Below, piece by piece: positions 1 through 9,428 of a DNA stretch of 64,000 nt (position 1 is its first letter; every line of letters begins with the position of its first letter). The DNA lies in IMG/VR virus record IMGVR_UViG_3300013901_000016; one strand, written 5' to 3'. The notes beneath the pieces were generated by a model that was not told the origin of the DNA, searched no databases, and saw only the letters and a list, made by a program, of their open reading frames with translations. A program made the translations under genes and the position numbers. The DNA is from an uncultured virus (IMG/VR IMGVR_UViG_3300013901_000016) (Duplodnaviria > Heunggongvirae > Uroviricota > Caudoviricetes > Crassvirales).

Positions 1-2
1 AG

Positions 3-1829
3 AGTCATAAATTATATAAATTCGAGATATCTAACCGAAAAAATCAACTAGAAGAACTAGTTGACTTCTTTTACTATAAAAGAGTAGAACACATCATATG
101 TGGATATAATAATAAGCATTATGATGATATAATAATAAATTACATGATACAATTTTGTGGTATTATGAAGCGGTTAGAGTATCTTCGTATTTGTAGTTCA
201 ATATATTATTTGAGTAGAGAAATTATAAGTGCAGAAAAAACAGAAAAAAACGACAGGATCAAAGAATATAAATATGCAAATAATTTTTATTCGTTTGATC
301 TTATGACTATGCTATATAGTTCTAAGCAACAAAAAAGTCTAAAAGAAATTGAAATCTTATTAAATATGCCAAACGTTCAAGAGTTTGACGGTGATTTCAA
401 TTCTAGACTTACGGATTGCGAAATTGATGATATGATAGCATATAATGTTAACGATGTAGAAGCTACTGAAACTTTACTTAAAAAGGTAAAGAATGAAATA
501 GACCTACGATTAACAGTAGAATCTGAATGGGGGTTTGATGCTCTTTCTATGAGCGGAGTACGGTTTGGAGAAGAGATATTGCTAAGAGAATATAAGAAAT
601 ATAACAAATCATCAAAAGATGAACTCAAAGCGAATGCAAGAAAAATCGGAAAAATTAATTTAAAGGACATAATACTTCCATTTATACAATATTCTAATCC
701 AAAGTTGAAAGAAGTCTTATTGGATGTAAAAAACGCTACATGTAATCCATGTAAGTCTGATAAGAAACAAGAAAACTACGAGAAGAAGTTTGTTCTCTCG
801 AATATTTGCTATTCTATAGGTGAAGGTGGAATACATACCATAAATGAACCTAGGATCTACAAACCCAAAGATGGACAATTTATAGGGCATTCAGATGTAA
901 CTTCAATGTATCCGTCATTAGCGCTTATATACAAATGGTTGCCAGTCCACTTGGGAGAAGAATTTTGGAATGTGTACAAATCTTTATACAAGGAGAGGGT
1001 TACTGCCAAACATAGTGGAGAGAAATTGAAGTCTAAGGCGTTTAAACAGGCTCTCAATGCTCTTACAGGAAAGATGCAACAAGAAGGTAGCTGGGCATAT
1101 GATCCACTAAACATATATAAAATACGTATAAACGGACAACTTATACTATTAATGCTAGTGGATAAGCTTCTGTCGTTAAATTGTGAGATTGTGCAAGTTA
1201 ATACAGATGGTGTCGTTTATATTGCAGATATTTCTAATAGGGGATTAATAAATAATTCAATAAAAGAAATTGAACAATTAGCCAAGCTTTCCTTTGAATC
1301 CGATGACTATGAGTCGTTTTATCAGTACGACGTGAATAATTACTTTGGAATTCGCAAAGGATATTCTCAATCTAGAAATCCGGAACTGATAGAAAAGAAA
1401 GGCAGGTTTATCACAGAAATAGGTTTTAATAATAGTATGACACCAGTTATTATACCGAAAGCTGTGATAAACTATTTTTTAACAAAAGAACCGATAGACA
1501 AATTTGTTAAGGAGGATAAAGATATCCGTAATTTCCTAATGTCTCAAAGCGTAAACAGGGAATTTAAAGTTGAATATGGAGGTAAACCTATTCAAAGGAT
1601 TAACAGATACTACGCATCAAATAGCGGTTATTATCTAATGCGTGTTAAAGAGGATATATATGAACCACGTAAAGAAGTAAGAATAACAGATTACGGAGTT
1701 TGTATTGCAAACAAAATAGATAATACCAATACTGATGACAAGCAAATAAACTACCAATATTATATTAGTAAAGCTAGTAAAATTGTTAGCGAATTTGTAA
1801 ATCGTCAATTAAAATTATTCGATGATTAA
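3..1829 (+). CDS. polB: DNA polymerase family B (5'-truncated by window edge)
   Basis: Frame is open from position 3. It contains ExoII-like GYNNKHYD, ExoIII YNVNDV and PolB motifs DVTSMYPS, KQALNALTG and QVNTDGV, and ends in TAA. Confidence 0.92.
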   Translation, partial: SHKLYKFEISNRKNQLEELVDFFYYKRVEHIICGYNNKHYDDIIINYMIQFCGIMKRLEYLRICSSIYYLSREIISAEKTEKNDRIKEYKYANNFYSFDLMTMLYSSKQQKSLKEIEILLNMPNVQEFDGDFNSRLTDCEIDDMIAYNVNDVEATETLLKKVKNEIDLRLTVESEWGFDALSMSGVRFGEEILLREYKKYNKSSKDELKANARKIGKINLKDIILPFIQYSNPKLKEVLLDVKNATCNPCKSDKKQENYEKKFVLSNICYSIGEGGIHTINEPRIYKPKDGQFIGHSDVTSMYPSLALIYKWLPVHLGEEFWNVYKSLYKERVTAKHSGEKLKSKAFKQALNALTGKMQQEGSWAYDPLNIYKIRINGQLILLMLVDKLLSLNCEIVQVNTDGVVYIADISNRGLINNSIKEIEQLAKLSFESDDYESFYQYDVNNYFGIRKGYSQSRNPELIEKKGRFITEIGFNNSMTPVIIPKAVINYFLTKEPIDKFVKEDKDIRNFLMSQSVNREFKVEYGGKPIQRINRYYASNSGYYLMRVKEDIYEPRKEVRITDYGVCIANKIDNTNTDDKQINYQYYISKASKIVSEFVNRQLKLFDD

Positions 1830-1850
1830 TCGTTTATCTACGTATATAAG

Positions 1851-2417
1851 ATGATTATTGAACTAAACACAAAACTCCTGGATATTCCAGGAATAAATTC
1901 AAATCAATTAATATTCCTAAGCTTGGTACTGGATAAGAATCAAAAAACTTATAATCAAGATGTCCGCAAAATTGTCAGCCTAATTAGCGACGAAGAAGTA
2001 TCAAGTTTAATTTCTCAGGGACTTATTACCTCGATAGAGAAAGGTAAGTCAATTACGTATCATTCGACAGAAAAGCTTAATAATATAATCCGCCCAGAAA
2101 AGGATTATTTTGATCTGTTTTATGAGATGTACCCAGTATACGTTCTACGACCAGATGGTTCTAAAAATTATTTAAGAGCTAATGTAAATAAATGTAGACA
2201 TTTGTTTAACGTTTATGTTGGACAAAGTGAAGCAATGGCTCAGCATCTTATTCAATGCCTTGACTTTGAAATGAAGAAAAAGACTAACGAAGGTAAACTG
2301 AGTTATATGAAAACGATGTGGAGATGGCTCGTAGACCATCAATGGGAAGAATCTGAGGAAGAAATGCAAGATAACTCTAAACAGGAGGAATTAACTTATG
2401 GAACAGAACTTATCTAA
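1851..2417 (+). CDS. Hypothetical replication protein (possible HTH/helicase-loader-like)
   Basis: 188-aa ORF between the polymerase and helicase, overlapping the helicase start. Function inferred from context only. Confidence 0.6.
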   Translation: MIIELNTKLLDIPGINSNQLIFLSLVLDKNQKTYNQDVRKIVSLISDEEVSSLISQGLITSIEKGKSITYHSTEKLNNIIRPEKDYFDLFYEMYPVYVLRPDGSKNYLRANVNKCRHLFNVYVGQSEAMAQHLIQCLDFEMKKKTNEGKLSYMKTMWRWLVDHQWEESEEEMQDNSKQEELTYGTELI

Positions 2418-3324
2418 TCTTATACGACCAATGTCTGTAGTAGCTCAAGAAGCTATTACATATATATCTGGTCGCAGAGATCACTCTATAGTATCTTTAA
2501 AGACTAGATGGAAAAAGTTTAATAAGCAGTGTATGGGAGGTATTGAACCAAATACCGTTTATACCATAGCTGGTATTTCGGGTAGCGGAAAATCGAGTTT
2601 TGCAAACGAGATTAGTACTGATATTATTGATTTGAATCAAGGAGAAGAAATAGTAATTCTGGTTTTCTCATTAGAGATGGTTGGATTTAGGCAAGTTGGA
2701 AGAACGCTTTCTAGTAAGCTTAGGAAAACAACTTCGACTTTGTATAGTTCTGAAAAGGACCTTGATGATGACACCTTCAGAAAAGTCATTCAAGTATCTA
2801 ATCAACTAAAGGAGTATCCTATATGGTTTGTAGATAATCCTACAACTCCCAAGGAAGCAGAAGATATTATTAGATATTTCTATAATTCGTATGTAAAAGA
2901 TACTAATAAGCATTTTGTAATCATGTATGATCATGCTTTATTAACAAAGCCAATTGGTTCTGTAATAGAAACAATGCAAGAACTTGAAAGGGTTTTTATT
3001 AGTGCGAAAAAGTATCCTATGACATCTATTCTACAATTAGCACAGATGAATAGAAATATTGAATCTCCAGAAAGAATTAATAATCCATTGTCGCATTATC
3101 CGATGAGGAGCGACATTTCATCTGCTGATGCATTATTTCAAGCAAGCGATTACGTAATAGTTATTCATAGACCAGAAATTCTTGGTATACAAGAATATGG
3201 TCCCAGTCATTTGCCGACTCAGAATAAAGTATATTTACATATGCTTAAGAATAGAGATGCAGGAAAGCCCTGTATACTTGAATTTCAGAATGATTTAGCG
3301 TATAACAACTTGATTGAATGCTAA
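2398..3324 (+). CDS. dnaB: DnaB-like (SF4) replicative helicase
   Basis: Walker A GISGSGKS, FSLEM, YDH, LAQMNR and KNRD motifs typical of the DnaB C-terminal domain. Confidence 0.92.
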   Translation: MEQNLSNLIRPMSVVAQEAITYISGRRDHSIVSLKTRWKKFNKQCMGGIEPNTVYTIAGISGSGKSSFANEISTDIIDLNQGEEIVILVFSLEMVGFRQVGRTLSSKLRKTTSTLYSSEKDLDDDTFRKVIQVSNQLKEYPIWFVDNPTTPKEAEDIIRYFYNSYVKDTNKHFVIMYDHALLTKPIGSVIETMQELERVFISAKKYPMTSILQLAQMNRNIESPERINNPLSHYPMRSDISSADALFQASDYVIVIHRPEILGIQEYGPSHLPTQNKVYLHMLKNRDAGKPCILEFQNDLAYNNLIEC

Positions 3325-3345
3325 AGTATTAAAATAGGCTGAATT

Positions 3346-3795
3346 ATGACAACATTTGATATTAAGTTTAACAATACTACTAAGAACATTAATAATGGTA
3401 ACATTTATTCAAAGATGCTTGATGATATTATTCTTGATACTGTAAAGAAAAACAATGATTATTTGTTTAAGTTGAAGAAGGATAAAGATGCAGATTTGAT
3501 TGATGCAATGTTTGACAGTATTGATCACACTTATATTTGTAAGTCTCTGAAGGATAGTGATGTATTCACTAAGGCTTGCAAAATTCTTGCTGATTACAAC
3601 AAGAAAAAGGCTAAGAATATCATATTAGGAAAGATATATCGTTTTTCTAATGGTACTCCAATTATATTTTATGATGATGAGATTCAAATTGGAACAGATA
3701 TATACAGCTATACAGATTTCGGTAATTTTGACTTTATTTCAAGTTTAACACCTGAGAAGAAGAAAATTATCATTGATATTAACATTAAGCTTTAA
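3346..3795 (+). CDS. Hypothetical protein
   Basis: 149-aa ORF in the operon with an A-rich leader. No motif recognised. Confidence 0.7.
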   Translation: MTTFDIKFNNTTKNINNGNIYSKMLDDIILDTVKKNNDYLFKLKKDKDADLIDAMFDSIDHTYICKSLKDSDVFTKACKILADYNKKKAKNIILGKIYRFSNGTPIIFYDDEIQIGTDIYSYTDFGNFDFISSLTPEKKKIIIDINIKL

Positions 3796-3823
3796 TTTAA
3801 AATAACTTAAGTATCATAGTATC

Positions 3824-4564
3824 ATGAGTTTAACATTACCTACAAGTAAAATTCCTGCAGTTTCTGAAAATCCTAGATATCTAATTTTGTATGGTCTTCC
3901 AAAAGCTGGAAAAACATCTTGTCTTGCCCAGCTGGATAATAATCTTATCATAGACCTTGAAGGAGGCTCTGTCTTCGTTGATGCTATGGCCATCCAGTGT
4001 CGTACAATCAACGATTTAGGAGAAGCTGCAAGTGCTATTCGTGCCAAGAATAAAGAAGTAGGTCATAATTTCTATAGACATATCACTATTGATAATGCTA
4101 CACGACTCGAAGATATCTGTATGAGCTATGCTTGTACACTCTATCGTCAAACTCCAATGGGCAAGAAATGGGAGGGTACAGATGTTACAACGCTGCCAAA
4201 TGGAGCGGGGTACAAATATCTAAGAGATGCAGTAAAGAAGGTAATTGATATGTTCCGAGATTTGTGTGACGAATTTATTCTCGTTGGTCACGTTAAAGAT
4301 ACCATAACTGAAAAGGATGGTGTTGAAATATCTGCAAAAGAACTAGATTTAGTTGGAAAACTAAGTAAAATTGTATGTGGTTTAGCCGATGCGGTAGGAT
4401 ATGTATATCGTAAAGGTAATGAAACACATATATCTTTTAAAGGTGGAACGTCTGACACAATTATGGAAGCTCGTGCTAGACATATAGCAGGAAAAGATAT
4501 AATTATTGCAGAAGGCAACGAAGATGGAACGATTACAACACATTGGGATAAAATATTTAAGTAA
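3824..4564 (+). CDS. AAA_24/Sak4-like P-loop ATPase
   Basis: LILYGLPKAGKTS Walker A, IIDLEGG, ITIDNAT, GAGY and ILVGHVKD motifs. Lies next to an SSB-like gene. Confidence 0.8.
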   Translation: MSLTLPTSKIPAVSENPRYLILYGLPKAGKTSCLAQLDNNLIIDLEGGSVFVDAMAIQCRTINDLGEAASAIRAKNKEVGHNFYRHITIDNATRLEDICMSYACTLYRQTPMGKKWEGTDVTTLPNGAGYKYLRDAVKKVIDMFRDLCDEFILVGHVKDTITEKDGVEISAKELDLVGKLSKIVCGLADAVGYVYRKGNETHISFKGGTSDTIMEARARHIAGKDIIIAEGNEDGTITTHWDKIFK

Positions 4565-4653
4565 ACTGTTATATAGATTCATTCGATCCACAGCATATTA
4601 TGCCGAGAATAAAATGGATATATTAGCATTACGTATATTAAAATAAAGAAATT

Positions 4654-5256
4654 ATGTTTAGTACAAAGACAGCCGTAACAAATAACGAAGAATTTTCTGG
4701 CAATTATATGCCAGTAGGTATTAACGAAAATGTAACTCTCAAGGAAGTGATATGCAGTGTATCACCACAAGGTTTTGATAAGCTTGAAATTACATTTGAG
4801 AACGAGCAAGGTCAAACTGCTACTATGACAGAGTGGAAGAATAATAAAGGTCAATATATTAAAACTGATGAAGATTTACAACGAGCAGATAATAATCAGT
4901 TTGGACGTATATGCCAGATTATTGATTGTTATTATCCACAACGTCCAGAAGCAGAACTGCAAACATTTAAAGAAATGATTAATTGGGTTAAGCAGATGCT
5001 TGATCCTATGATCGCTACTAAGAAGAAACTTCGTTTGAAAGTTAATTACGATAAGAAAGGTTACACTCGTGTAAGTTCTTATGGTATCTTCGTTGAAGAT
5101 ATGTCTAATAAAGATTCCCAGATTAAACTCTTTAAGAAAGATCTTATGGAGCGTCCAGTTGTAGCTGATGTAGAGCACAACGACCCGCTTAAGGTACCAC
5201 CAACCATTACTCCGGAAACTGGGAATAATTCAGGTGTATCAGAGCTTCCGTTTTAA
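4654..5256 (+). CDS. Putative single-stranded DNA-binding protein
   Basis: C-terminal acidic/Pro tail ending ELPF, typical of SSB. Follows the Sak4-like ATPase. Confidence 0.6.
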   Translation: MFSTKTAVTNNEEFSGNYMPVGINENVTLKEVICSVSPQGFDKLEITFENEQGQTATMTEWKNNKGQYIKTDEDLQRADNNQFGRICQIIDCYYPQRPEAELQTFKEMINWVKQMLDPMIATKKKLRLKVNYDKKGYTRVSSYGIFVEDMSNKDSQIKLFKKDLMERPVVADVEHNDPLKVPPTITPETGNNSGVSELPF

Positions 5257-5454
5257 GGGAGAATATACATCTAAAGAGAAAGAAATACTACTTGATTGTA
5301 TGAAATCCGGTAAATGGTTTTTATATCATTTACATAGCAGGAGTGTCAAACTGTATGACAAGTGGTTACGTCAGGGAGGGTAATACCGCCATAAACTGAC
5401 GTTGGTGGAGCTAGGTAATTCAGTTACCCTTTGGAGGTGAAATGCCTCCAACAA

Positions 5455-5557
5455 GGCTAGTCAGGGTGTCGTGAGGCATAAGACAAGAATGGTTTTTATC
5501 TTTTGTTATTTTCGTACATTTTTCCCATTCTGCTAGGTTCGATTCCTAGCATAGCCA
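5455..5557 (+). ncRNA. tRNA-like cloverleaf with a U-rich ~32-nt loop in place of the anticodon loop
   Basis: Terminal stem GGCTA/TAGCC plus A; T-arm TGCTAGG-TTCGATT-CCTAGCA; arm AGAATGG/CCATTCT; D-position arm GTC..TGTC-GTGA-GGCA..GAC. Confidence 0.55.
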
Positions 5558-5770
5558 CTGTTTTTGTTTATCATTTATATGTAGAAAACTCCGGTCCGTG
5601 AGGATAGGTTTCACTTAGTAACACGCTCTATTCACTTAGAGCAATCAGATTTCATGGTGAACCATACTTAAGTTGGATCTGGGATGTATAAATGAAGTCC
5701 CCGGCCTAGACAAGCCCGTAAACTGTCTGCCCGTTTGACCTGAGCATGTCATTAAACTGCTCTTTTATAT

Positions 5771-5847
5771 GTGAGAGAAGTCTGAAAGTAACACTTGGCA
5801 GTTTTATACATTATATGTATACGAAGGTCCGACTCCTTCCTCTCACT
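5771..5847 (+). ncRNA. Degenerate tRNA-like element (77 nt)
   Basis: Perfect 7-bp acceptor GTGAGAG/CTCTCAC, T-arm GAAGG-TCCGACT-CCTTC and a TATAC/GTATA stem with a 7-nt loop. The D-arm is non-canonical. Confidence 0.45.
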
Positions 5848-5861
5848 CTAACTTATAAGTT

Positions 5862-6833
5862 ATGTATAGTACTAAGACAGCAATAACAGTTTCGTTAAGA
5901 GACATATTGGACAAGTTGACTGATTTAGACATCTATACGTATTGTTTAGGGCAATTCAAAGTTGGAAAACTTATAAATAGCCCATTAAGATCTGGAGATA
6001 AGAATCCATCATTTGGAATATTCCAATCTAAAACAGGCGGATTGTTATGGAAAGATCTTGGAACTGGTGATTATGGAAACGCAATAAAGTTCCTAAAAGA
6101 ATATAAAGGAATAACGACAAGAGAAGAATTAGAACGAGAATTATTGAGAATTGTACGCAGAATAAATCCTAATTTAACTGTTAGGACAAATACGTATGAT
6201 AAACCGAAAGGAGAAACTGATATCGGGATAGTTCGACAACCGTTTACAGATGTAGATAAACAATACTGGAAACAGTTCGGTATTCATATAGATACATTGA
6301 AGAAATTCAATGTATTTAGCATTAAGTACTTTCTTTGTAATAGTATCGTCCGAAGTATCTATAAAGAAACTAGTCCTATGTATGCATATAAAGTGTATGA
6401 TAAATTTAAAATTTATCGGCCGCTTGCCTCTAAGTATACTAAATGGCGTACCAATCTGACAAATAGGCATGTACAGGGATTAGCCGAATTACCTAAAGAG
6501 GGTGGCAATTTACTCATAATAACCAAATCATTGAAAGATGTTATGGTATGTTACGAAATGGGTTTTAATGCTATAGCTGCAGCCAGCGAAACAGTATTCA
6601 TTCCTGATGATATACTTAAATCTTTACGTTCAAAATGGAAACATATTGTTATATTATACGATAGAGATATTACGGGTGTTCATAAGTCAAGGATGTATAG
6701 CAAACAGTACAAATTAGATGCATTTTTCATTAACAAGAAATTCAAAGCCAAAGATCTATCAGATGCTGTTCGTGACAACGGATTTAGCACCATGAAAGAC
6801 TGGTTAACAAAAACGTTACAGAAATATGATTGA
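5862..6833 (+). CDS. dnaG: DNA primase (DnaG/TOPRIM family)
   Basis: N-terminal SPLRSGDKNPSF/WKDLGTG region and TOPRIM-like IITKSLKDVM, YDRD and KDLSD motifs. Confidence 0.85.
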   Translation: MYSTKTAITVSLRDILDKLTDLDIYTYCLGQFKVGKLINSPLRSGDKNPSFGIFQSKTGGLLWKDLGTGDYGNAIKFLKEYKGITTREELERELLRIVRRINPNLTVRTNTYDKPKGETDIGIVRQPFTDVDKQYWKQFGIHIDTLKKFNVFSIKYFLCNSIVRSIYKETSPMYAYKVYDKFKIYRPLASKYTKWRTNLTNRHVQGLAELPKEGGNLLIITKSLKDVMVCYEMGFNAIAAASETVFIPDDILKSLRSKWKHIVILYDRDITGVHKSRMYSKQYKLDAFFINKKFKAKDLSDAVRDNGFSTMKDWLTKTLQKYD

Positions 6834-7140
6834 TGTAGTAATAGGATGCCTGCTTGGTGTGCTGGGAGGTGCAGTAATGTCTCCTCTATTGCACAAGTGG
6901 TTGGCAAAGAAGCTGACTAAACGAATCTCCTTACAGAAGGGTGGATTCTTGCGTATTTATTTGCCAAACAAAATGCATATGACTATCTGGGATAGTTATA
7001 GTGATGAAGGTAATATATGCGCATGTGTTCATCATGGTGATTCTACTAAAGTAACAGATGGTGATATTGTCTATTTTGAAGGAAATATTGTCTCTAAGAT
7101 AAGGGGTAAGAAGTTTTCTTATGATAGGCAAGAGTGGTAA
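6826..7140 (+). CDS. Hypothetical protein with N-terminal hydrophobic segment
   Basis: 104-aa ORF overlapping both neighbours, beginning MIDVVIGCLLGVLGGAVM. Confidence 0.65.
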   Translation: MIDVVIGCLLGVLGGAVMSPLLHKWLAKKLTKRISLQKGGFLRIYLPNKMHMTIWDSYSDEGNICACVHHGDSTKVTDGDIVYFEGNIVSKIRGKKFSYDRQEW

Positions 7141-7519
7141 AAGTAAGGTAAGGAATGCGACAGCAGTCGATAAGTATGGTATCCATTTTAGGAGCAAGCT
7201 CGAATGCTATACTTATGAAGCTTTTATGAAAGCAGGAATACCTGTTAAATATGAGCCAAAGCATTTTACTTTATTAAACAAATTCGAGCTATTTGGAGAA
7301 AAAATAAGACCAATTACATATCTACCTGATTTTATTGGCAAATACAAAAGTCAATCGTTCGTAGTAGAATGCAAAGGTCTTATTGGAGACTCCTTTCCAC
7401 TTCGGTGGAAACTCTTTAAATATTATCTCAAACGACACAGAAGTAAAATGAAGTGTTATCTTGTTAGAAACCACAAACAAGTAGATGAGATGATTGAAGA
7501 GATTAAAGCCAATATTTGA
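7121..7519 (+). CDS. PD-(D/E)XK endonuclease (DUF1064/endonuclease I-like)
   Basis: FRSKLE, YEP, TYLPDF and VVECKG motifs. Confidence 0.8.
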   Translation: MIGKSGKSKVRNATAVDKYGIHFRSKLECYTYEAFMKAGIPVKYEPKHFTLLNKFELFGEKIRPITYLPDFIGKYKSQSFVVECKGLIGDSFPLRWKLFKYYLKRHRSKMKCYLVRNHKQVDEMIEEIKANI

Positions 7520-7539
7520 GTATTTTAATATCAGTAAAT

Positions 7540-8415
7540 ATGGAAAAGAAATTTTTGAAAGTAGGTAAGAGTGTAAGTTTTAAGTTTAATACAGAAGGTC
7601 TTGAGTGTAATTTAACCCCAGGAGTGGTTTACAATATTAAAGTAGATCGTTATACAGATCAAATTACACTTGAGGAAACAGAAGCTCTTTCTTTACCTTC
7701 TAAGGTATATTGTACAGATCGTGACAATAGATTCGTAAACAAGGTTATTAATAGCTATAATTTAGCTGATAGTGGCTTTACTGGTGTAATGCTTGCAGGA
7801 TTAAAAGGTTCTGGCAAGACAGTTATGATGAAAGTTATAGCCAATAAGAGCGGTCTTCCAATTATTAACATTGACAAGAATATTCGTCCTTGGATTCTTA
7901 AGAATCTTGTAGAAAAACTTGGTGATACAAGTGTATGCTTTTTATTTGATGAACTTGATAAACTCCTTGATGATTATGATGATTCTGCGCTATTACAGAT
8001 ACTTGATGGTACAGATACAAAAGGAAAACATATGATTTTGTTTACCTGTAATGATACAGACGAAATATCTGAATATCTGATTGACCGTTGCTCTCGTATC
8101 CGTTATTGGCGTGAGTTTGAAGAAATGTCTCCATCATTGATTATGGAGGTGTTAGAAGATCGTTTAGATAATAAAAATGAAGCAAAGTTCTTGACAGATT
8201 TTATAAAGGATAATTTTCAGGTATGCAGTTTTGATAATATTATTTCTTTTGTAAAAGAAGCTAATGATTATCCAAATGTTACATTTGAAGAGTTGTTTGA
8301 GGATATGAATCTCTCTCCAAAAGAAGGTGTAATTAAACCTCATATACGTCCAAATAATAAACAAAAGAACTTAAAGCTAAAGAGTATTAATCAATGTTAT
8401 GATTGTGGCTGCTAA
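7540..8415 (+). CDS. AAA+ ATPase
   Basis: Walker A GLKGSGKT, Walker B FLFDELDK, FTCN sensor and DRCSRI. ATG at 7540 is the likelier start than TTG at 7516. Confidence 0.85.
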   Translation: MEKKFLKVGKSVSFKFNTEGLECNLTPGVVYNIKVDRYTDQITLEETEALSLPSKVYCTDRDNRFVNKVINSYNLADSGFTGVMLAGLKGSGKTVMMKVIANKSGLPIINIDKNIRPWILKNLVEKLGDTSVCFLFDELDKLLDDYDDSALLQILDGTDTKGKHMILFTCNDTDEISEYLIDRCSRIRYWREFEEMSPSLIMEVLEDRLDNKNEAKFLTDFIKDNFQVCSFDNIISFVKEANDYPNVTFEELFEDMNLSPKEGVIKPHIRPNNKQKNLKLKSINQCYDCGC

Positions 8416-9428
8416 TGGATTGTCCGGAATATAAAATACCTAAATATGAAATTCCATACTACGAAGATAATACACGTATAAGTAATAGTGCTATAGGCTG
8501 GTTTCTAAATAAGGGTCCAGCCTATTTTCGTAGGATGCTAGATGGTAAAGAAAAAGGATTAGATCTTCCTCAACTACGTAAAGGAACTATGATACACGAG
8601 TTTCTTCTTCAACCAGACAAATTCTGGGACGATTACGTAGTATTTAACGGAGAAAAACCCAAAAGCATACAAGCGCAAAAATTCTGCGAAAACTTAATAA
8701 ATACCGTCGAAATAGAGCTAAATAAACAGCTCTCAGAAGCTTATCGTAAGTCTTATAGTATAGTTGGTAAAAGTGAAGATAAAATCCTCTCAGAAGCGCT
8801 TAAAATAAGCACAGAATACAAAGATTATATTGAAGCTTTAAAAACTAACAAAATACTTATATCCTGGCATGATTTAGATCAGCTTAACGCTATTTTGGAT
8901 AATATTAAAAATCATAAATTAGCTAATAAACTTCTTATTTCAGCAGGAGAATATGTCGGCAAACATACATATCATGAATTCCAAATAAATTGGGAGATGT
9001 ATGTAGATGATAATAAATATATTCCGTGTAAATCGTTATTGGATAGCTGCACATTTGATTGGGGTAATAAAGAATGCATAATTATGGATATAAAAACTAC
9101 TGGCAAATTATGGCATTTTGAAGACAGTATGAATGAATTTGATTACTGTCGGCAACTACATTTCTATGAATACGCAGTAGAATGGTATCTTAAAAATATT
9201 CTAAACGAAAATCCAATTGAATGGAAATTTACATGTTACATAATAGCTATTGACACAACAGGTAGTAATGAAATAAGAGTATTCAAGCTAGAATATAGCC
9301 AACTTGCTAAAAGTTCTTTTGATATACATTTAGCATGTAATAATATATATTGGCATATGGCTAATAATAAGTGGGATCATAGTAGAGAATACTATGACGG
9401 AGATGGTAGCGAAGACTTAAACCTATGA
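8403..9428 (+). CDS. PD-(D/E)XK exonuclease (exonuclease VIII/DUF3799-like)
   Basis: ISNS, GTMIHE, KSLLD, IMDIKTT and YCRQLHFY motifs. Confidence 0.8.
   Translation: MWLLMDCPEYKIPKYEIPYYEDNTRISNSAIGWFLNKGPAYFRRMLDGKEKGLDLPQLRKGTMIHEFLLQPDKFWDDYVVFNGEKPKSIQAQKFCENLINTVEIELNKQLSEAYRKSYSIVGKSEDKILSEALKISTEYKDYIEALKTNKILISWHDLDQLNAILDNIKNHKLANKLLISAGEYVGKHTYHEFQINWEMYVDDNKYIPCKSLLDSCTFDWGNKECIIMDIKTTGKLWHFEDSMNEFDYCRQLHFYEYAVEWYLKNILNENPIEWKFTCYIIAIDTTGSNEIRVFKLEYSQLAKSSFDIHLACNNIYWHMANNKWDHSREYYDGDGSEDLNL

Larger units (their letters stand above)
5363..5847 (+). ncRNA. Structured intergenic RNA region (tRNA-like folds, H-type pseudoknots, hairpins)
   Basis: About 480 bp with no long ORF, densely packed with inverted repeats, two T-arm/acceptor-stem units and three TAAAC-linked pseudoknots. 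Confidence 0.6.

Noticed and set aside
5384..5861. Amber suppressor tRNA (CUA) or canonical tmRNA
   Set aside because: No CTA in an anticodon-type 7-nt loop, and no G3.U70 acceptor or tmRNA terminal consensus.
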